Source: Girardia tigrina (Eukaryota). Taken from it: DNA of 64,000 nucleotides. Of the stretch, positions 52,601 through 64,000 are shown piece by piece. Location: NCBI GenBank assembly GCA_001938485.1, contig MQRK01233587.1:1-64000 (forward strand), in the 5' to 3' direction. Every line of letters starts with the position of its first letter. Position 1 is the stretch's first letter. The position numbers and the translations under genes are program-made. The notes under the pieces were generated by a model. It did no database searches and was not told the DNA's origin. It worked only from the letters and a program-made list of their open reading frames with translations.

Positions 52601-54234
52601 AATAAAACTCACTCAAAATAAAATATAATGGATATTTAATTTTATAAAAATAAACGGGCCTAAATATCTGATTTAATCAGATTAATAATAATATACAAAT
52701 AATATACAAGATATAGAAGGCTTCTTGGTTGCTATCACTTCTGTTGTGTAATTTAAAAGAAATATGATACATATAAGGGTTTTATTAAGCCGACCCGAAC
52801 TAACTTCAGACAACATCGGTATAATTCCTGCTGGAAACAAATATTAAACCATAAATATTTTTCGTAAAAAGCAAAGCTCAAAAAATATATATTTATAGCT
52901 CAAACGTTAAATGTCGAAATCTTAATCGTATGCTTTGAAAATTTTAAACGTATTTTTAAAATTTGAACTACGCGTACGTTTTGGCGGCCGTATTTTAATA
53001 AAACAAGATGAAACAAGAATAAAATAAATATTAATTTCCCTAAAAAAACTGGTAAACGATTAATTTAATGCTTTTTTGATCTAGTTTCAATTAAAGATGT
53101 CACCAATGCACATAAGACTAGTAAAGAATGCACATGATTAACGGAAGCAAATCATGTGACCCGTCAGAAAATAATCAAGGTCAATGAATAAAAGTAGAGA
53201 TATTCAAATACAAGTTTAAGTATGAAAAACTGAAAACATCAGCTTTTTCAAATAATTTATTTTATTTTCGACTGAAATCTATTTTATATTACGCAAGAAC
53301 GTCTTGATTAATCATAGATTAAATAAAATATTTAAACGATTGTTGTCGATAATTTACACGTTGAAATATTATTCTTTGTTTTTTGTGCTTAGAACAAGTA
53401 CGACAAACAAATTCACAATAAAAGTAAAAATTCGAAAAATGTCATTTTGATTGTAAATTTATGTGAAAGTGTTTGTGAACAATTGAAAAGTCGAGTTTCT
53501 AAAGTCTAAAATTTTCTTTGGTATTGATTTGTGTGTTGTTATTTGAATTTTCAATGTTTAACAATTTGTTCCACTGAACAACTACTGTTAGAAACATTTT
53601 TGATAATAATCATTAATTTTTCATTTTTGCATAATATTTTGTGAAGGTTTAGAATTTGTTTATTATTATCATTATTTGGTTACAGTTTAATTTCTCGGAA
53701 AGGATTTTTAATTGTTTTGGCAAACAATTTTTAATATTTTAAAGTCAGTCTTCCGAGTTTAATTTGAAAAAAAAGAATCTCATGTCTCTGAGGTTTTTTA
53801 AATTTTTATTATGTCTTTTGAGAATAATGCTTTCTTTCATTATATGTTTCTTTTACTAAATGTTTTTTATCAATAGAATTTGAGATTTAAAGATCGTAAG
53901 AGCCTCAATTATCCCAAAACCATTAAAAATATCTCAGGTCACAAAAGTAAAATAATGTGAGTAAAGAGATAGAAATATATTACTTTTGATGCCATGATGT
54001 TTTCTTTAGGTTTTTGAGGTATACTTCGTATGGTTGAAATAGGTTGTCAATGGTACTCAGTGGATTATGTGCTTTACAAATCATAATATGAGCTGATCGT
54101 ATTAAATAATTAGAATTCTATTTAAATTTCAAATTAAATTTTATGTATTTAAATAATATAGAATTATTAAATTTTAAATTATATTTACGTGATAACATAG
54201 AAAGTTCGTAAACTGGTAGATTAATTAATAATGT

Positions 54235-55360
54235 ATGAGGCTGAATTTTTTTGCGAAAAAAATACATCTTAATAGATAAAAACTAAGATGTTTTTTTACG
54301 TTTGACTATTTCGTCAGACATATTTCCCGATTATTCAACTAAGCATGATATCTGAAGTTGAAAAGCGCAGTATAATTAAATTTTTACTACTAAGCACAAT
54401 CGAACCTGATAAAAGTGAGTGATTAAGTGAGGCATATGGTGAAGAGGCCCTCTCTTGGTCTATAACTTCTAAGTTGATAAAATAATTTAGATGAGGCAGA
54501 TCGAATGTGAATGATGAGGAAAGAGGAGGAAGACAACCATATAATGGGGAGAAAGATTTTAAAAGCCGAAGAATACTATGTAAAATGAACGGAAAGTGAA
54601 GAAGGGACAACTTTCCAATGCCTTAAACATCAGTTATGAAATAGTGTATTACATACTTTGCTGAGAGTAAGGAAGTTATGCTCAAGGTCGTGTCTTACTT
54701 TCGTATGTTGGAGAAGCAACTTCAATTCTGTCAGGAGAACATCATCCATGCTCATTTTGGTGCTCGATTCCTGGATACTATCATAACAGAGGACGAAAAA
54801 TCCTCTCCCTCTACACCACAGATCACAGAAAATTGTCAAATGAATGGGACATCCCAAGCTAATTAAGCTCTCGAAAATTACTGAATAGTCTCTCAGCAGT
54901 GAGAGGTGATGATAAACATTTTTTTGGGATTTGTGTGGTGTTTCACATACTAATTTTGATGTTAACGCCACCAAAGTCAATGTCGAATACTACGTTCCGT
55001 TTTGTAGAAAAATTCAATAAGAAAAAGCGAAAGCACTACTTCTAAACACTCATCTGACTCAACGTCTACATGAATGTGAAAAAATACGCTGTGGTCCTGA
55101 ATACTTTTCAGCGAATTTACTTTGTTGAGCTTTCTTATCCTCCACACAGTCTGGATCTTGCTCCAATTGATATTGTCCTTTTGTGTCACCCGAAGAAACA
55201 TCAAGGAGGGAAACGGTTTGCAGACAAAAATGAAGTAATGCAGGCAGCGATCGTATTCCTTATCGAAAAACCAGCTGACTAGTATAAAAATGCCGTCTCT
55301 TACTTAGTCAAACGATGGAGTTTGTGCGTTGAGAATGATGGAGGCTAAGTAGAAAAGAAG
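54235..55360 (+). mobile_element. Degenerate mariner
   Basis: EKRSIIKF, GRSNVNDEERGGR, FLDTIITEDE, INIFWDLCGV, PHSLDLAPID. Confidence 0.85.
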
Positions 55361-55939
55361 CTTGTTCCCATAACATCTTTGACATACCTAATAAATATAT
55401 TGGTATCACCACGAAAAATACTTTCCCAAGATTATAATAAATTTAATGTTTAGGCTTAATTAGTTTTAAATAATAGTTTTGTTTGGGAATTTTTTAAAAA
55501 TTAATTATTCGAATTCTAACTTTATTGAATAAAACTTTCTTATTTAATGATTTAATCAAAATAATTCATCTGATCAAAAATATTTTCATTTCATAATTAA
55601 CATTTATTATTTTGTCCTCTCAATTTAAAAATGATTATATTCAAGATCACATGAAGTATAAAATGAGTATTAAAGTTCCTTGATAATTATTTTAACTGAT
55701 ATTGTTATTAGTTTCGACAAAAAATTATGTTACACTTTTTTAGTTAAATAAAGCATTTTTTATCATTTAAAAAGTTAAGTCATTTTAAGTCACACTGTTC
55801 TATGTAATATATATTTGTTGCTATTAAACAATAAAACTGTCAAGAATTTGTGACAAAATTCTTTAATTATTATTGCCACCTCATATATCTTTATTACTTG
55901 AACTGTTTTTAAAATTGAAGAGTTTGATACTCTAAATAA

Positions 55940-56416
55940 GGTTAGGGCTCTCCCGGGCCCAGTCACAGCGATCTCGTCCGCCAAGATGCTCAACCCGACC
56001 AGCTTCGCTGATTGAGCCTCGGTGCTGAATGTCTTTTGCATAACACGATCGAAACACACTCAACTAGATCTTTCCGAGTAATTGGATAGAATTAGTCAGC
56101 TCACACATCACACTAGCAATTCGAATGATCATTGTTCTGGCGACTTCCAGCTGCAATTTGTCCAGTGTTTCGAGATCAATAGGATCAATAAATCGATTTA
56201 TTTTTCTCTGAATCATCTCAATTGAATCACAACAATGCATCACTCGTCCTCTCTGTGTCTCGATACTCGACAGTGGATGAGTGTGTTCACACTCTAACTC
56301 ATTTCTTGGATACAAGTTCCTGCGATATTCCCGAAATACCTCCACAAACATTTAGTTGGATCTCGAATCGTTTAAAATTATTTATCACACCAAAACAAGA
56401 ATCGGACACTGAATGA
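55940..56416. other. GC-elevated coding-like island of unknown origin
   Basis: Composition shift with short ORFs on both strands; no motif recognised. Confidence 0.25.
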
Positions 56417-56647
56417 ATTAAAAATTGAAATTTTACTTTCAGTTTTTTTAAATCAAGAATTCGAAATACTCAAAAATTCTTTATTTCTTTCCTATAACAA
56501 ATATTTTCAAAACAATGTTACCACGCAATATGTTATTAAAATAAGAGTCATTAAAAACTCTCGAATTTTATAGTAAATAACTTTTTTACATTTTTTTAAT
56601 TAATTTTCATATAATACAAAATAAAACCTATTTATAATTTTAGCAAT

Positions 56648-56687
<40 letters not shown>

Positions 56688-56737
56688 NNNNNNNNNNNNN
56701 NNNNNNNNNNNNNNNNNNNNNNNNNNNNNNNNNNNNN

Positions 56738-56790
<53 letters not shown>

Positions 56791-56864
56791 TTTCAAACAT
56801 TAAAAAATATTTTTTAATCAATCTGGAATTAAAATGAAGTATTTATATTATATTTTTTGTTTAA

Positions 56865-57096
56865 CTCTTGAATGCATCTTGTATCAAAAATGATACAACA
56901 AACGTTTGAAAGTGCCATGCATCCAGTTTGTGTAAATAATTGCTGTCCTTTGTAAATAAATTATCTTTGTACATTTTTGTCTATGACGATTATAACAAAA
57001 CATGTCAAAACTCCCGCCAATATTGATATAAACGTCAAAATTCTTTAGCTGTCATCAAATATTTCATGAAAAAATAAAAAATCATGCATTTAAGGG
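56865..57096. mobile_element. piggyBac-type MITE (232 bp)
   Basis: TTAA on both sides; TIRs CTCTTGAATGCAT / ATGCATTTAAGGG. Confidence 0.75.
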
Positions 57097-57099
57097 TTA

Positions 57100-57904
57100 A
57101 ATAAAACAATTATTGTAGATAGTAATAAATCACTTTTTAAATCTTATTATCAATTTTAAACAGTTATCGCGGCATTGAAAATCACCGAATCATAAATATA
57201 ATGAAAGAGAGATCTAAAAGGACGATTATATAGTTTGTGTTTTGATATAGTACCATGATAGGTCATAGAGATGTATGGCCGCATGAATTGATGTTCATTG
57301 CGAAATCCTGACTACCTATGATACGAGTTGAGCGCAAGGTGAAATGTAAATTTATTTCAAAATGTAACTGGAATGATGATGAAAGAGAACATAGAAAAAA
57401 ATCCATTCAGTATTGGTGATTGTGCTTTTTTGAGAATCAATGTAAAATGGAATGAATCATGGACTGGGCTGTATGTAATCACATCATTCAAATACGCAGT
57501 TGGGATAGAATTCGAGGATAATAAGATTACAAGGCACATATCAAACATCAGGAGGGCAACAAAAATTCAAGAATTCTATTCAATTCTACTACAGTTAATT
57601 CCGATAATTACGCCAGACAGCGATTACGAAGTTGAAGATCATGTACCTTACAAGATAGGAACTCATTACACTTCAGGTAGCGATAATGAAATGAAAGAAC
57701 CAGAGGCTCCAGAGATACTTAAAGATTCTACAAAACGAGTGATTTGAGTACGAAACAACCTAAAGATCTGGATGACTATGTGATTGATCTTGAGATAATA
57801 GGGTAGTGTAATTAAATATTTAGCATTTTATTTGTTTATATAAAACAAATATTGTACACGTTAATAAATCACTGAAAAATCTTCCGTACTCTCCCCATAC
57901 TACA
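57100..57904 (+). mobile_element. 3' end of a Gypsy element: integrase tail, polypurine tract and short LTR (57807-57904)
   Basis: FSIGD...WTGLYVI (GPY/F-like); purine tract agataatagggtag then TGTA...TACA; partial similar LTR segment at 57100-57150. Confidence 0.6.
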
Positions 57905-59452
57905 ATATGAAACATATGTAAAAATTACCTTTTTCAGAACATTGACTTTAATGTTTGTTTCGATATTTTTTTAAATCGATGAATATGTTAGCCTAGCGAT
58001 AGAGTAAATTAAACAAATAAATAATTAAACCTTAATTATTTGTGCTGGTGTATTTTGTAAACCAAACTTCTTTGAGTTATACCGATTCAACATAAATTTG
58101 ATCGAACTGAAATATTTATATAATATATAAAAAGGGTACATTTTTGTAAAATTTAATTATAATAAAGTTATGAAATTAAAAATAGTTTTTACATTCAATA
58201 TTTTAAATATCCATCTCACAGAAAGTATAATGTTAACAGTGGTGTATAAATTACACAGCCCGAGTAGTTATGGAATAAGTGTTGGCGCGGGTAGTTAAAG
58301 GTTAATAAGAAAAACTGCTTAATTATGTATGATAAGTAAAGTCCTCACAGATTATGAATCTTAATAATACTATATAAAATTTGTCATCAATCTTCGAAAT
58401 AAAGGAAATTATTTTGTGATAAAATTTTTTATTCTGATTTCAGTGAACTGCAAAATGAACATATGTTAATATAAGATATTAAAAAAACATGTGATAAAAT
58501 ATGCAAATATTTGTTTTGATTCCAGATAAAGTCCATCAAAACTGAATAGAAGTTCTTAAAAAATGCAAAAATATATTTAAACTTAAAAATAATAACTAAT
58601 TTTCAATATCACTTAATAAATTATTTCATTGAAATTTAATCTGAAAAGCCATTTTCTCATTTTCAAATAGCACTAGAAATTCTAGAAATATAAATGGAAA
58701 ATTAATTATTTTTATAATTAAAAATGAGTGAAATAATTTGGACAAAAAAATGTTAAAAAATTAATTAAATCCGAATATTTTTATATTTATTAATGAAAAT
58801 TCGGCCAATGTAAGTTCAAAGTTATTGTTTGGATCTCACGTGTTTGGTAGGGTTTCGTGTGAAGAATGATTATTTTGGGACACGAATTAAAGGCAAACAA
58901 ATTCATTGGAAGAATATCATTTTTTAAAAAATAATTGTATTGTTATTTGTATTTTGTCTTAAATTTCTAATAAATAAATAATTTATTTGAAACTTTTTTA
59001 GTTTAATATAGCTTTTAAAATTTAATAAGTTAATTTTTTTATTTACTAAACTAAATCTACTAAATATGTTTTGGTATAATTTCTTTTTACACAGCTTTTA
59101 ATTAAATTTTATATTATGCTTTATTTTTTTCTGACTATGTAAAAAATAGTATATTTTTCACCATTCATACGTTCTTAAAATTTAGATTTGATAACTGTAA
59201 TATTTTTACATATAAGATTAATAACCTTCTGACAAAAAAATGTAGATAAAATAATTCAAATAAAGAATATCATTAATAAAATCCAACTACATATCAAAGC
59301 GATTGAATTCTACTTTTAAATTAAGATAATATATGAATTTCAGTTTATGATTATATGGTATATAAAATAAATTTCTGAAATAATTTAATTTGGAAAACTC
59401 GAAATACAAAAGAAACTATTCTAAAATGAATTTGATATTATTTTATAATGTA

Positions 59453-61066
59453 CAGTTTCTCTCAAATTAATCCGTCAGTACTTTTTTCATATTATTTAAC
59501 TTTTTACGAAATTTAACAAACTAAACTATCTTTAAATTTTACATGTAACTGGTATAAACCTTAAGTACATTTAGCATTAAAAATATCTAATCAAAAATAA
59601 AAATGGATTTTTCTATTAAAGATTTTCAAAAAAAATGATCACTCAAATTAATCCATCATCATGCCATACCAATGAAATTTAAACATTTCAGTAAATACTT
59701 ATTAGGATATAATTACAAAATTTTTTAAACAAACAATTTAAGTCTCAAAAATATTTATCAAAAAAAGCAGACCATATAACACTAAATAATATTATATGGT
59801 TTTTTCTTTTGTATCAATACAAGATTGAATTTGTCAATGAGACCTTGACAATCAGAATTAATGTTAGAATATCTTTTCTTTTCTTGTCAGAGTTTTTTCT
59901 TAGTATTAATTGACATTGTGTGAATTTTCCTTTTAACGCTCATAAATTCTCTATTAGAGAGAGATATGGACTGTATGGTGGCCACTTTAAAACAGCAATG
60001 TTCTGGGTTTCTAGAAATAAGATAACTGCTTTGACTTATGACATGGAGCATTATCTTACAGAAAAAAATATCTATCCCAGACGAACGACATTCAATCATT
60101 AAGAGTAACAAGTTAATTTGAAGATATTAATATATTTTTCCGCATTCATGAAACCTTAAACTATTTTTAAGACTTCTGTTCCCACATATGAAAAGCAGCC
60201 CCTGGTCATTACTCGCTTTAAAAAGGTCGATGTTGTCTTGTGTGTTCATTTAGAAGTGATTGTTCTGTTCGTTTTTTTATATTTTTTGCTTGGGGAGGAT
60301 ATATCGAAAGCAGATTCATCGGTTAAAATAATCTAAATTTTTACTGAAAATATTTCTATGTAATACATAAATCAATTAACCCACAGAAACATAACCGAAA
60401 CATATGCCAGATTTTGTACGATTTATACCATTCATATTGTACGTCCTTTTGATACTTAGGTAGAGAAGGTGATATTAATGGTCGGTATGATGATAAACAA
60501 CTTCTTATTAGTGATCGTTTGATGGTATGTAGACTTACATTCATAACATCCAAACCAACAGCAGTTTTTATTGTCCTTGAAGTTGCTTTAGGATTAAATA
60601 AAAATTACTTTGCATTTCCCCTATCAATTTGATCATACAATTTTATTTTGCTACCACATTTTCCTTTTCATTGTGATCCATTTTAACCGATTTCTTTATA
60701 TCTTTTGATGATACCTTATATTTTTGAGGGATATTCACATCCGACGAAATTTAGATATATCTGCTCGTAATATTTTTTTATTAAATAATTCACAGATAGC
60801 AAGAATAATTTCAGAATCTAATTAATTTCCTTCAATGATCAATAAAATTTATACCAAAAAATAAATATTTTAAATTGATAGTTCATTCTTTAGAAAATCT
60901 TTCAGAAAATTCAATTTTTATTTTTTATTTAATATTTTAGTTTCTAAATTTAATCAATGTTTAGGTCAGCTACATGTAAAATTTTAAAGATATTTTGGTT
61001 TGGTAAATTTGGTACGAAGTTAAATATTATGTAAAAAGTACTAACGGATTAATTTAAGCGAAACTA
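59453..61066 (-). mobile_element. Full-length degenerate Tc1 element with long TIRs (about 1.6 kb)
   Basis: TA-flanked TIR CAGTTTCTCTCAAATTAATCCGTCAGTACTTTTT mirrored at 61030-61066, with similarity extending well over 100 bp; DNAPCHKSK, WPPYSPYLSLIENL, FTDES. Confidence 0.88.
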
Positions 61067-62684
61067 TATGATATGAACTATTTAATCAGCTCTATTATTT
61101 TATTTTTTTTCAGTAAATGTGAATGAAATTTTCATATATTCAAAAACTGGTACTTACTATCAAGACTAATTTCATTTCAATATAATAATACTTGCGTCTT
61201 GAAATATTTTTGAAGTTTAGTATTTCTTTTAGTATTAGAATTGGTAGATATAGTAATGAACTACAACGAAAGTAAAATGAAACTGATTTAAAAAGTTTTA
61301 GTTTAAATATAAGTACAAATGGATATTAATGATTGTAAGTATTCGACTATAAAACCTAAATTAGTCTTTATTTACAAATTATGCACGGGATCGTGACGAA
61401 TTTAATAACTGATTAAATGTTGTTTGGTTCAATTAAAGAAATATATTTATATTGTTCTTGTCTATCATACCTTATTTTGCCAGAAATATTGTTTCAAATC
61501 ATTACAAACTTATGATTCTAGTACAAAAATCTTTGGCAAATTATAATTAAAAATCCATCTGAAAATTTGATTTAAACCATTTATAAAATATTACAAATAG
61601 TTTAATAATTAATTTAAAGCTGATTGTTGAAAATAAAAAATAAATTATTAAAAATTGTTATATTTAAGAAAGAAAAAGATGTCTATACCTTTTTCGGATA
61701 ATCATGGTTCTTTAATCAGGTTTATTTTTCCAAAATGAATTTAAAAATTAAAACGTGTAAAATAATTTTTATAAACTTAATAATCGGAAGACACCTAATT
61801 ATGTAATATGTCACAGAACAGATTTAATTTTAACAGCATTTTTTTGTAATATTTTGATGCTTTACTGACTAAAAGAAATTTTGAAGATGAATTTTCGTAA
61901 ATTGCAATTTTTGATTAAGTTTCAGAACCACTTAAAGAAGTCACTGAAAAAGTGATATAATAGTAGACATTAAAATTCGGGAGATTATGTATATCTACTT
62001 TGACAGTTATCATAGCAGTTCCTTAATATCCAGTGTACCTCATGTGAAATAGGATTTTCGGAAAGTAATATCAGCATAATTTTTCTGGCGGTCATATGAA
62101 AAATTGTTCATCTTATAATAAATATTTTTAAAATAATTTGTGAAATTATTTTACCGTTATTTTTGTAACATATTACTGGAAAAATAAAAGCTGGTTTTAA
62201 TTTAGAACATATATGGTCATGTGATTGTAAAGTAAAGAATTTGGTGTCATTTGAGATTACCTTATTAAGGATATTGTTTTCCAGATTTGTAAGAATTTTT
62301 CTAGATATATTCTTCGTAATAAAACAGGAAATTTTAATAAAATTTTTGTATTCAATTTAAAAAATTAAATTGTTCTAAATTTTGAAAACTTTTATCAAAA
62401 TAATATTAATACTTTATGAATATTGTTGCTTTGTAACTCCATTTAAAATAAATTAATAAAAATATAAATAAATGGACAAAATAAGTTTCTTAATCGTTTC
62501 TTTCTATGGAAATAAAAATGGCAATCATCCTCGAAAACATACTCTAGTTTCATTACTTATAATTTTACAGATTCTAAAATATTATCAATGGTTTATTAAT
62601 TCTTATATGTTACTATTAAGTTTAATTTCAGACAACATTTTCTAAGCCCACAAATAATGTAAACACATAATTATACTTAATATA

Positions 62685-62910
62685 CAGTGATGGTCAAAAA
62701 TTTACGACCACTTTAAAAATTTTGTTATTTTTTCTGAATTTAAAGAACAAGAAGTTGACCAACATTTTTTCTTAAACTACATGATCAGCAAAACATTTAG
62801 ACATGATTCGCAAGTGTTTACACTGATCATGTTAAATCTATAACGAGTTGGATCACCCTTGATCGCGATTACTGTACGGATGAGGTCAGGCATTGAAATC
62901 ACCATATTTT
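62685..62910 (-). mobile_element. Terminal fragment of another Tc1 element
   Basis: TA|CAGTGATGGTCAAAAATTTACGACC TIR-like; C-terminus VISMPDLIRTVIAIKGDPTRY. Confidence 0.7.
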
Positions 62911-63269
62911 ATATGCATAATTTGTATATATAACAGAATTTGCGTAACCCAAGTCTTAAAGAAATTCAGAAATGTTTCATAGCAACACGAACCAAGAATA
63001 CTTTTAGACTGTCGAATAAAGTCATTTAATCAAGTCATCCTAATGTACCGGAGATAAGTCGCACTCCTTCGGTACATTTTGTAAACTTAATACTCTTCCT
63101 TTCGTTCTCCTTTCATGTCTACAGTTTCAGAATTATTTTATTAAAAAAATGAGGGATAAAATACACATGCATGATACTAAGAAAAAGGATGCAGAAAGGA
63201 CGCTTTGAGATTTTTACAGTTTCAAAGCTGCTGATATCAGATACTTTAGGATAAGTATCTAAAGAGAAA

Positions 63270-63700
63270 GTTTTTTATAAAGAATGTTATGACCAGGTTG
63301 TGTTCACTGTTTTCCGCTCATCGATTTACGGAAGAAGGTCAATTTTTCATTCCTAATTACAAATTCCTTATTTCGAGGGTTAGAGTGGAGTTTACAACAG
63401 AGATCTTATCGATATTGAGCTGGGTTCTCAGTCAAATTGTGGGGAACTTGCAAAGTACTTCTGTATACAAAATTAAGGTTGTGCAGAAAATAAGCAATGG
63501 TGCTTTTGGAAGTACCGTGTTCATCTGACAGTCATAGCTCTCCCAAAAATATTACAGATAGTCACCCTGAGCATGGTTGTTCTTCAAGACTGGTATAAAC
63601 TTGCTTAAAGTGCTTGAACCACCATCGAGCTGTGTTATTCTTCACTTTATTTTAGCATTCAAAGTCACATATTTCATGATTGCCGAGTATCGCTGTAAAA
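63270..63700 (-). mobile_element. Degenerate mariner transposase N-terminal half
   Basis: TARWWFKHFKQ..SLEEQPCSG, QVPHNLTE, VIRNEK. Confidence 0.7.
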
Positions 63701-63866
63701 CATTTTTTCTAGTAGTGTAGTAAAAGGATCCAAATATTCGTTCTTTAATCAGTAATTATATAAAACAGTATATCAATAAAAAAATTTATAACATAAATAG
63801 ATTCTACTAATCCAAGACCTTCAAAATGATGTCCGATTTGGTCCAAGAAAGTTAATGTGTTACAGA

Positions 63867-64000
63867 TAAGGTTGCCAGATGTCCGGTTTTGAACCGGACA
63901 GTCTGTTAATTCAACTGGTTGTTCGGTATAAAAAAATTATAAAAACCGGACTTACATTTGACGGTATTTCTCCCGAAACTTATTTCCACAATCTTCAAAT
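63867..64000. mobile_element. Probable hAT (Blackjack-like) element terminus
   Basis: TAAGGTTGCCAGATGTCCGG with ccgga subterminal repeats; other end not in the window. Confidence 0.45.

Noticed and set aside
61990-62070. hAT dimerisation-domain remnant (AVP..SS..CE.GFS)
   Set aside because: Needs two frameshifts in about 30 bp; too weak to call.

Overview
Very AT-rich eukaryotic (animal) DNA with scaffold gaps; composition and transposon content suggest an invertebrate, possibly a triclad flatworm (inference only). Most of the window is decayed, internally deleted mobile elements: Ty3/Gypsy gag and pol relics and solo LTRs, several Tc1/mariner, pogo/Tigger, Mutator, piggyBac-MITE, hAT and Helitron ends, and RLE-type non-LTR fragments. 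Three things stand out. (1) At 27.9-30.8 kb (- strand) a BEL/Pao LTR retrotransposon gag-protease relic lies in frame behind a full 76-residue ubiquitin-like domain ending LKGG directly before a Met, which in turn lies in frame behind protocadherin-type cadherin repeats; its Gag has two CCCH fingers instead of CCHC knuckles. (2) At 16.4-21.1 kb the left arm of a Polinton/Maverick (adintovirus-like) endogenous virus abuts a Gypsy pol: AGTAGT terminus, Zn-finger/PLA2/integrase fusion, major capsid protein, adenovirus pX-like ORF and an HTH-C2H2 ORF. (3) The first three coding exons of a host CD39/NTPDase gene at 44.56-45.06 kb, missed by the ORF track. Duplicated 5' fragments of a DDX28-like helicase are also present. 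All family calls come from motif recognition by eye, not database searches, and relic boundaries are approximate unless termini are quoted.
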